Part shown: one piece after another, positions 9,590 to 17,900 of the stretch
Layout: every line of letters starts with the position of its first letter
How positions within the stretch are numbered: the first letter of the stretch is position 1
Assembly (NCBI GenBank): GCA_049273835.1
Contig: JBASRM010000547.1
Coordinates: 1-51,586 of the forward strand
DNA from: Blastocatellia bacterium
GTDB lineage: Bacteria; Acidobacteriota; Blastocatellia; UBA7656
Reading direction: 5' to 3'
Length of the DNA: 51,586 nt
Translations under genes and position numbers: made by a program
Notes under the pieces: model-generated
What the model was told of the DNA's origin: nothing
What the model saw: only the letters and a program-made list of their open reading frames with translations
The model's database searches: none

Positions 9590-9614
9590 GATAAATTGAA
9601 TTTCATTTTCATTT
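9590..9614. promoter_or_regulatory. Fur-box-like AT-rich imperfect palindrome downstream of the feo promoter
   Basis: gataaattgaatttcattttcattt. The core AATTGAATTTCATTT matches its own reverse complement at 12 of 15 positions and has GATAAT-like hexamers. Lies between the -10 element and the feoA start. Confidence 0.35.
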
Positions 9615-9638
9615 AGGTCCGGATCGAAAGAAGGACGT

Positions 9639-9857
9639 ATGAGCCTGTTGGACGCGCTTCATCATAGGTTGTATCGAGTAAAAGAGATTGAAGGCCCGGA
9701 GGCCGAGTGTCGCCGCTTATTGGATCTTGGCATTACGCCGGGGGAAGAACTGGCCATTGTTCAGTCGGTCCCGTTTGGCGATCCAGTGGTTGTGATGGTG
9801 AGAGGGATGCGGCTTGCCCTTCGGCGTCGGGAAGCCGCATGGATAAGGGTTCAGTGA
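9639..9857 (+). CDS. feoA: FeoA-family ferrous iron transport protein
   Basis: 72 aa. LGITPGEELAIVQSVPFGDPVVVMVRGMRLALRRREAAWIRV is the FeoA SH3-like pattern. Sits 6 nt upstream of feoB. Confidence 0.85.
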   Translation: MSLLDALHHRLYRVKEIEGPEAECRRLLDLGITPGEELAIVQSVPFGDPVVVMVRGMRLALRRREAAWIRVQ

Positions 9858-9863
9858 GCAAAC

Positions 9864-11858
9864 ATGCATTCAGTGGAAGTGGCTGCGTCGCCACCGAACA
9901 AGGAAGCCCATCAGGCGCTTCACCCTCCTGAGACAAAACCCAACCTGTCGACGGTCTGTCTGGCGGGCGCACCCAACGCGGGCAAGACCGCGCTGATGAA
10001 CGCGCTCACCGGCGGCAGTTTTCACACCGCAAACTACGCGGGCGTGACCGTGACGCTTTCACGCGGCAAGAGCAAAGCCGAATTTGGGCCGCCGGTGTTG
10101 CTCGTCGATCTGCCCGGAGTGCACAGCACATCGGCGGTTTCGCCGGAAGAGGAACTTTCCTGCCGGGTGATTGAAAACCGTCATCCCTCTGTAACACCTG
10201 ATGCCTTGATCGTGGCCGTCGACGCCACCCAGCTCGAACGACACCTTAAGTTTGCTTCATTCGTTGCGCGACAACAAAAACCGATGGTCATCGCGCTAAC
10301 CATGATGGACCTGCTCCCTCGAACGCAGCAGTCGGTCAACGTGCGAAAGCTCGAACGGGCGCTTGGAATTCCAGTCATCCCGGTTGACGGCCGCACCGGT
10401 TGGGGCGCTGCCGAGCTGATGAGTGTTCTTCAAAAAGCGTTAGCTAAACCGGTAACTCGAAGCGCACTTTCTGAATTGCCGGAGGAGCCGGTGTCTGCAT
10501 ACAAGCTCATCCGCGAACTACTGGAGAACAGCCAGGCCGTCAAAGATTCGAACCGGTTGGTGCTGGCTCGCGATTCATTCACTTCGAAAATCGACCGGAT
10601 CGTATTGCACCGTTTGCTCGGGTTTCCAATCTTTTTTGCGGTTCTCGTGGGACTATTCTCGTCGATCTTTTGGGTTGCACGCCCGTTTATGGATTTGATC
10701 GATTGGAGTTTTTCGCAAACCGGGAAGGGGTTGTTGGCTGTCTTGCCGGAGGGAGCGCTGTCTCACTTTCTTGCTGAAGGCGTCGTCGGTGGCGCCGGCG
10801 CCGTTGCCGTGTTTTTTCCGCAGATAGTAATTCTCTTCTGCTTAATGACGCTGCTGGAAGATTCAGGCTATCTTGCCCGCGGAGCTGCGATCGTCGACAG
10901 GCCGCTTTCATATCTCGGCTTGCACGGGCGATCTTTCGTGCCAATGCTTTCGGGGTTTGCGTGCGCCATTCCGGCGGTGCTCGCCGCGCGAACGATTCCC
11001 TCGCGTCGCGAGCGGCTGCTTACTATTTGGATATTGCCGTTGATGAGTTGCAGCGCAAGGCTGCCCGTGTATGCCCTCCTACTGGGCGCGCTCCTGCCGG
11101 GCGCCGCCTGGAAGGCTGGACTCGCGCTCGGCTTAATTTATGTCTTGAGTCTTTTGATAGGCGCGTTGGTAGCGGGTTTGATTAGCAGGTTGTTCCTGCG
11201 AAAGCACGCAGCTTCGCTGCTGGCGATGGAGATGCCGGTCTATAGAAGACCTCTCTTGAAACCGACGCTCAAAATGACTTGGTCGCGCTCGTCTGGGTAT
11301 CTCAAGCGCGCGGGAACGCCAATCGTGGTGATTTCGGCGTGCTTGTGGTTGTTGTCCAATTTCGGTCTCGGTTCGCATCAACCCGCAGCGGCTCGAGGTG
11401 AGCAATCGCGATTGGTTGCGGTCAGCGATCTGGATCACTCATTTGCTGCGGAGATTGGCCGGACTCTGGAACCCGCTCTGCGTCCAATGGGAGTCGATTG
11501 GCGAGTCGGTGTGGGCTTGATTTCGGCTTTTGCGGCCCGGGAGGTGTTCGTCAGCACCATGGCGATCGTCTTTCACGTAGCCGGCGACGAAGGCTCGCAA
11601 CAACAGGGTACCTTGCTCGATAGTATGCGCACGGCAACCTTTTTAGGATCCTCGCAACGAATCTTCACAACATCTACTATCATCGGTTTGATCGTCTTTT
11701 TCTTCTTCTCGCTGCAGTGCCTGTCGACGGTTGCAGTGGTGCGAAGCGAGACCAATTCCTGGCGTATCGCCGGGTTGCAACTTCTCTTTTATACCGGCAT
11801 CGGTTACGTGCTGTCAGCAACTGTGGTCGGGGGTCTCCGGCTGTTAGGGGTTGATTAG
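9864..11858 (+). CDS. feoB: ferrous iron transporter FeoB (G-domain plus polytopic membrane domain)
   Basis: G1 GAPNAGKTALMNALTG, DLPG, TMMD. Gate-motif-containing membrane domain with many TM helices. Confidence 0.92.
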   Translation: MHSVEVAASPPNKEAHQALHPPETKPNLSTVCLAGAPNAGKTALMNALTGGSFHTANYAGVTVTLSRGKSKAEFGPPVLLVDLPGVHSTSAVSPEEELSCRVIENRHPSVTPDALIVAVDATQLERHLKFASFVARQQKPMVIALTMMDLLPRTQQSVNVRKLERALGIPVIPVDGRTGWGAAELMSVLQKALAKPVTRSALSELPEEPVSAYKLIRELLENSQAVKDSNRLVLARDSFTSKIDRIVLHRLLGFPIFFAVLVGLFSSIFWVARPFMDLIDWSFSQTGKGLLAVLPEGALSHFLAEGVVGGAGAVAVFFPQIVILFCLMTLLEDSGYLARGAAIVDRPLSYLGLHGRSFVPMLSGFACAIPAVLAARTIPSRRERLLTIWILPLMSCSARLPVYALLLGALLPGAAWKAGLALGLIYVLSLLIGALVAGLISRLFLRKHAASLLAMEMPVYRRPLLKPTLKMTWSRSSGYLKRAGTPIVVISACLWLLSNFGLGSHQPAAARGEQSRLVAVSDLDHSFAAEIGRTLEPALRPMGVDWRVGVGLISAFAAREVFVSTMAIVFHVAGDEGSQQQGTLLDSMRTATFLGSSQRIFTTSTIIGLIVFFFFSLQCLSTVAVVRSETNSWRIAGLQLLFYTGIGYVLSATVVGGLRLLGVD

Positions 11859-12127
11859 CATTCATTCACCGCAGCCGGTGCGACGCAGTGCCCTGCTTTG
11901 ACACTCACAGACCTGAGGTCTAAGATAGCCCAAAGAAGGGCTGGGAGGGAGCAGTGCCACTAGCAAGATAGCCAAAAGGTCCGACCTGGGAGCCTCAAGG
12001 ATTACCGGGTTTCGCCCAGCGACAGTTGTTCCTTCAACTTGAGTTCTGGATCGGAGCGCGCGACGGTTGCCGCGCGTAACGTCAAAAAGAGTCGGGCTCC
12101 GAATGCGCCCGACCTCGGGAGGCCACA

Positions 12128-12805
12128 ATGAAAGACCGCATCAAATGGATTCTAGTCGGACTCGGGTTCACGTTCGGACTTCAGGTCATAATCTCCATCA
12201 TGTTCACCGCGATAGCCTACAGCAGCAAGAGCAGCCAGGCGGATGTAGTATCGGACACAGCGGTGGCTGTTGCTTTTGGCGCGACGGTCGGTGCGTTCTT
12301 GATCGGCGGTTTCGTGGTCGGTTGGCTGACCGAAGACCTGCGGCTGGTTGATTCGCTTATCGTGGCCGTCGCAACGCTTGCGCTGACCCTGCTGGTCTAC
12401 ACGGCGCTGCCCTCGGGTAATCAGCCTCAATTCGTCAGCGGATTTCTACTCTCCCATTTGACTCGCGGGCTGGTGTTCAGTGTACTCGGGCTGGCGGCTG
12501 CGGCGATAGGAGCGTACTGGGGTTGGCACTTGAAAGTGCCTCAAGAAGGTGTGGTCGATAGAATCGCGCTGGTAGTCGGGTTGGTCGGAGCAGTGGTCGG
12601 CCCGTTTGTACTGCTGGCTCTTGGGGGCTCGAATAGCCCCGGCGCGCCAAACCTGCCGTGGTATTTTCTGGTGATCGTGATTGTCTTGGTGCTGGTGATC
12701 GTGGGAGTTGGCTTTGTCCTATTTACTCGGGAGTCACATTACGAGGATGAAATATCGATCAGCCCCGAACACCACAAAGATCAAGATCCAGCCACTACAA
12801 ACTGA
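12128..12805 (+). CDS. polytopic membrane protein of unknown function (~6 TM)
   Basis: 225 aa, hydrophobic throughout, acidic/polar tail. GGGAGG SD 7 nt upstream of the ATG. Confidence 0.6.
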   Translation: MKDRIKWILVGLGFTFGLQVIISIMFTAIAYSSKSSQADVVSDTAVAVAFGATVGAFLIGGFVVGWLTEDLRLVDSLIVAVATLALTLLVYTALPSGNQPQFVSGFLLSHLTRGLVFSVLGLAAAAIGAYWGWHLKVPQEGVVDRIALVVGLVGAVVGPFVLLALGGSNSPGAPNLPWYFLVIVIVLVLVIVGVGFVLFTRESHYEDEISISPEHHKDQDPATTN

Positions 12806-12894
12806 CCATCGGGCTCTGTGGCCGGAAGGCTCGCCTTACCGGTGTCGCTAAACTGATTCGACCGCTTAAACGGCTACGTCACTCCGGCCCGCAG

Positions 12895-14853
12895 TTATGC
12901 TCCGTCATCGAGCCGAGGCTCTTTGATTACAGCACGAAGGTCGCGCGCCACCTCTGCGGCATCCTGGTATCGCTCGGCTACATCTTTCCTGAGTGTTCGT
13001 TCGATAATTGCGGCAAGCGCATCCGGCGCGTCCTTGCGATGCCTTTTTATCGGCGAAGGCGCTCGCTTCTTGATTGCTTCAATCGTTTGAAAATAAGTTT
13101 CGCCGTCAAAAGGCAGACGTCCGGTGGTCATCTCGTAGAGCACGACGCCCAGTGAGAAGATGTCGGCCACGTGTGTCACTTCGCCTCGCCCGGTAGCTTG
13201 TTCGGGCGACATATAGCTTACCGTTCCGAGGAGGACTCCTGATTCGGTAAGGCGTGCTTTGCCTGACGCGCGGGACAAAACGGGAAGCGGCTTCGCAAGG
13301 CCAAAGTCTAGTACTTTAACCTTACCTCTCGACGTGATCATAATGTTTGAAGACTTGATGTCTCGATGTACCACCCCGCGTTCATGCGCCTCAGCCAACG
13401 CTTCAGCTGACTGGATGCCGATGTCGAAGATCTCGCGCATTTCAAGCGGGCCGGCGTCAAGTCGCTCGGCGACAGTCTGACCCTCGACGTACTCCATTAC
13501 GATGTAAGGATTTCCGGACGCTTCGCCGATCTCGTGAATGGTGGCGATGTTGGGATGGTTGAGCTGTGAAGCCATTCGCGCTTCTCTCAAGAAGCGCTGC
13601 TTCATCGTCTCATCCTCCAGGTGCTTCGACGCCAATACCTTGATCGCCACCGTGCGTTGAAGCTCGGTATCATAGGATTCGAAGATCTCGCCCATCCCGC
13701 CCGCGCCAAGCGACCGTCGAATCTCGAATCGTCCGATGTGTCCCTCCGGTTCGATCAGCGGAGGCGCGGCCACTTTTTCAGTCTTGCCGTCGTGTACCGC
13801 CATCGCCGCCCGGTCCGTCTCCCGCAACTCGGTTGTAATGATGCGCGGCCGGGAGATCACCGATGAGAACAGCGTCGAAAAAATGCGCGGGCCCCGGTCG
13901 TCCTGGATAAAGTAGCCGGCGCGCTTGAGATCCTCGTAGATGTGCTCATGTTCCTTCTCTACGTGGCCTTGTTCGTTGAACTCCCGAATCGAGTGGCGGG
14001 GTCCCTCACTTAAGTGGTCCCAGATGAATCGAAACTGGCCCTTGGCTTCATCCAGAAACGTCGCTTCCACCTCTTCCCGATCGAGCTTGCTGTCGCTTTC
14101 AGCGAGATGATCAAAGTAAGCCGAACAAGCGATCTGCAAGAAGTAGGGGAAATATCCTGCAATTTCCATTATCCGGCGCCCGTAATTCTCCAGTGGCAGA
14201 CCCGCTTCCGACGACGGAACGACGATGAGCTCGAGAGCCTCCTTTCGCGTGAATGCGCGCAGGAACACGTTGGTAAAAATGTTGAAGAAAGGAGAGTCTG
14301 CGATGAGTTGTGTATGACAAAGTTCCTGCAGGTCGCGCGCCGAGCTCGTCACGTAAGCCACATCGTAATTGTTGGCGATCGATCGAAGAAATGAATAGAA
14401 CTCCAGATCAAATGCCCGGTTGGTGGTGATGGCGTCGAACTCGTCGAATAGGACAATCAGCTTGCGTCCATTGCGGCGAAAGTCTTCCAGCACCCCTCGG
14501 AGCGAGTCAAATGAGGGCTGGAGCTTTGCCAGCGATTTATCCCCGGTTTCCTTTGCGAGCAGCCCAAACAACTCCTTGAAAAACTCGGTGAGGGTCAGCC
14601 GGCGCTTTTGTTGAAGATCAATGAAGGCAAACGTGTAGGTCTCATGTTTGTCCAGGAAGCGTTCGCGAACCTCCGGCTGATTGATGAAGTAAAGCAGCGA
14701 CGATTTGCCGATGCGTCGTTCGCCCACCACTGAGATCGATTGCGGGCGCGACGCTCCAATTCGCGAGAAGATTTTCGACACCTCGCGCGCGCGACCGAAG
14801 AACTGCGCCGGGTCTTTGATTGCTACCCGATTGAGATAGGGATTGCGCGGCAT
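12895..14853 (-). CDS. fusion protein: N-terminal STAND-like P-loop ATPase (ATPase_2/AAA_35-like) plus C-terminal Hanks-type Ser/Thr protein kinase
   Basis: N-terminus NPYLNRVAIKDPAQFFGRAREV, Walker A GERRIGKSSL, Walker B LIVLFDEFD. C-terminus GAGGMGEIF, VAIKVL, HRDIKSSN, DFGLAK, SYMSPEQ. No TM segment seen. Confidence 0.85.
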   Translation of the reverse strand: MPRNPYLNRVAIKDPAQFFGRAREVSKIFSRIGASRPQSISVVGERRIGKSSLLYFINQPEVRERFLDKHETYTFAFIDLQQKRRLTLTEFFKELFGLLAKETGDKSLAKLQPSFDSLRGVLEDFRRNGRKLIVLFDEFDAITTNRAFDLEFYSFLRSIANNYDVAYVTSSARDLQELCHTQLIADSPFFNIFTNVFLRAFTRKEALELIVVPSSEAGLPLENYGRRIMEIAGYFPYFLQIACSAYFDHLAESDSKLDREEVEATFLDEAKGQFRFIWDHLSEGPRHSIREFNEQGHVEKEHEHIYEDLKRAGYFIQDDRGPRIFSTLFSSVISRPRIITTELRETDRAAMAVHDGKTEKVAAPPLIEPEGHIGRFEIRRSLGAGGMGEIFESYDTELQRTVAIKVLASKHLEDETMKQRFLREARMASQLNHPNIATIHEIGEASGNPYIVMEYVEGQTVAERLDAGPLEMREIFDIGIQSAEALAEAHERGVVHRDIKSSNIMITSRGKVKVLDFGLAKPLPVLSRASGKARLTESGVLLGTVSYMSPEQATGRGEVTHVADIFSLGVVLYEMTTGRLPFDGETYFQTIEAIKKRAPSPIKRHRKDAPDALAAIIERTLRKDVAERYQDAAEVARDLRAVIKEPRLDDGA

Positions 14854-14918
14854 TGGTCAGCACCTGTGTAACGCGGACCTCACAAGCAGATTCCGCGGCG
14901 TTGCGAAACGAACTGATT

Positions 14919-17900
14919 CTAAAGCGTGCGCACTTCTTTCACCACCTGCCAGATTGAATGCGAGCGGCGGATCCACAATCGCAGTAAATCGATCTTAAAC
15001 CTGAATCCATCGGTGGTGTCTTTCTCCAACAGCTCGCGGCGGAACATCTCTTCAAGCGTCAGTCTTATGGTGTTCTCCGAAAGGTTGACCGGGTAATCGC
15101 TGGCCCTCACCGCCGAGCGCAATTCACCGGCCGTCGCGTATCCGGTGCCGTCCGCAAGAACTTCTCCCAGTAGTGACAGCACCAGCTTCTCGTCGTCCGA
15201 AAGCGCGTCCCAGGTATAGATCATTTGCGGAAGCGGGTTGTCTACGATTTCCGTGATTACCCGGCCCAAATCGGCGACCGTTACCCAGTTCTGCCGGTGC
15301 TCGTTCAAGTGGTCAACGACGTTTTGACAGATGACCTGCGTGTAAAATGGCTGACCCGCAGTCAACCGGTAGATTACGTCCAACACCCCCCGCCCATACA
15401 CGACTCGGCCCTGTACCGGATCGGTGATCAACCGGACGGTGTCTTTCTCCGACAAGAAGCCGACCTTGCGAAACAGCGATCGTCTCAGCAACTCGCGCCA
15501 GTATTTTCTGTCTCGCTCCTCGAGCCTCCGCGAGCCCGTGAAGATCAACGCAAGTCGTTCCTTGTTATCCATCAGGCCCGCCAAAAAGGTAAACAGTTCA
15601 TGGGAGAGCTTGCCCTCGTCTACTTTACCTTCGAGCAACTCATACTCGTCCATGAGGATGAGCAGCGTCCGATCGCCTAGCGAACGCAACACGTCATCGA
15701 GAAAGTCCAAAAACATCGGGTACGGATTTCGGGCGTCGAATGAAGGTACGGATATGGCCTGCGACTGCGCCAGAGATGATTGCCTTGGTCCGCCGGATGG
15801 CAGGACGCCTACGGCCACCGCGCCGGAAGGGCCGCTCGATTCAAGCTCATGAAGCGCGCGGCTGTTTGCTCGCCCGACGGCTTCGGCGATCAAACGGGAT
15901 ATCCGCGCGAAGAACTCGGAGTCGGACGCAATCACCATCTCTTGAAGATCGACAAACACCGGTATGAAGCGCGCGCCCAATCGTCCGCCCGCCACTTGAT
16001 ACAGAATCGAGCTCTTGCCCACGCGACGCTCACCGCAAAAAACTATCACCACTCCCTGACTTGTCCCCTCCAGTTTCGTGCGCACGTATCGGAAGTCGTC
16101 CTCCCGTCCAAAGAACATCTTTTCCGTGCGGATAGGGTTGCCCACAATGAAGGGGTTCGGTTCGACTGGAACATAGGTTCGGAGTTCCCTGGGAAGGACA
16201 TATTCGCGATCGCCGAGCCGGCGAGCGGCGAAAGCGGCGACCAGCGCCAATCCGATGGCTGCGATTGCCAGCGCGTAGAACCACCAGGTCTTCCAGAACG
16301 GTGAGCCAACTCGCACCGACAGCGTAGCCGCCGGGCCGTTCGCGCCGTACAAATCCCGGTTCAACGCCATAAGCTCGAAAGTGTGCGTTCCTTCGTCCAG
16401 GTCAAGTCGGGACACGTCCCGCTCGGCTCCCTGTTGGACTGGTAAGACTTCCCAACGGCCGCTCTCTGCACCCGAGTTGATGCGATAGAGGTAGCGCGGC
16501 TGACCGCTCATGCTTGCAGCAGAGAAACGGAAAGTAAGCCGGTGGCGGCCAAAGGACACATCATACGATCCCGACTCAGATACGGGCTGAGTGCGGCCAT
16601 CCACTTCAAGCGAGACCTCACCCGGAGGCGAGACGCGGACCGGGATGTGCCGTACCGCGCCCTTGTTGGTTGCTATCCAGATATGATCCTGCAAGTCTTG
16701 CGTTATCAAATTGATGCGGCTACCGGTCAGCGCTTGAGCTTCACCAGAATAGACCGTGGACAGAATATGCCCGCCGAACCTGCAGAATTTCTTGACCTGA
16801 CCCTCATCCGTCCCGGTCCACAGATACCCGTCCCGGTCGACGAACATCGTGCTTGTAGGTTCAACCTCAAACGTCTCAAATGTGGATCCGTCGTATGCCT
16901 GAATTCCTGCTCTGCTGGCTACCAATAATCGGTCATTGAATCGAACCACCCATCGCGTATCATTGTCGGCAAGACCGCGCGCCGCATCGATCAAGCCCGA
17001 TTCACCCGTAGCCAAATCCAGCCTGACTACTCCGCGGGCCGTCGAAAACCACAGGCGCCCATCCGTATCTTCCAAAACGTGTCTTACGTCGTAGCCGGCG
17101 AGCGCGGGCAAATTCTGCAACTGGCCCTCTCGATACACAGATGCGCCCCGCGTCGTCGCAAACACGATGGCCGAGCCGTCAGCGATCGCCCTCACCCACT
17201 GGACGTTATTTGACGCGAGCCCGCTGCCTTCGTTGAACTGAGTGAGAGTTTCTCCTGTCCAACGCAGCGCGCCCTGCTCGGTGGCAAACCACGCAGAGCC
17301 GGTTCGATCGACCGCAACCGCCTGGACGCTGATCCCGGCGCGGAACCCTTCGACTGGAACAAAGCGCTCGCCTTCGAGCCGCGACACGCCGCCTGGAGTC
17401 AAAAACCACAAACCACTCTGCCCGCGCGTGCCTGGTGTAAGCGCGATCGCGTGTACGTCGTTGTCGGCAAGACCGCGGCTGGTTGTGAAATTCACGAAGC
17501 TGTAGAGATCCGAACTGATCGCCCCGTTGTCGCTTGCAAACCAGAGGTGGCCTTCGCGGCCGGTGAAGATAGCGCTGATGCGATCGCGCTCCAGGAAGTT
17601 GACACGCTGAGACTCGCGCCGCAGTGCGTCGTAGATGACCACTCCCCCCGAGTCGAGGGCAAACCACATTCGGCTGCCCTGGTCCTGACCTATCGTGCGA
17701 ACTATCGCGTCAACAGAGCTGCCGGGGGTGAGTTGGGTTCCCACACTCACCCTGCGAACGCTGCCGCCGTCGATTAACATCAGGCCCCGCGCTGTCGCAA
17801 GCCATACCTTTCCCGTACCGTCCACAAATACCGCGCGAGCATCGATCACCGGTTCCCGGCGTTGTGCTGGGTTCTTAGTCTCCTGCGACTCAAGCCATTG

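Noticed and set aside
11930-12010. Partial resemblance to a cobalamin B12-box (agccaaaaggtccgacctgg), an SRP RNA helix-8 (gggagggagcag) and ykkC (ggtccga...ctgggag) motifs
   Set aside because: Each match is short and the surrounding conserved elements and helices of those RNA families are not present. I cannot support any class assignment without a covariance-model search.
11862-12128. 88-aa minus-strand ORF between feoB and the membrane-protein gene
   Set aside because: Arg/Pro-rich composition and no SD. It overlaps hairpins better explained as a non-coding leader.
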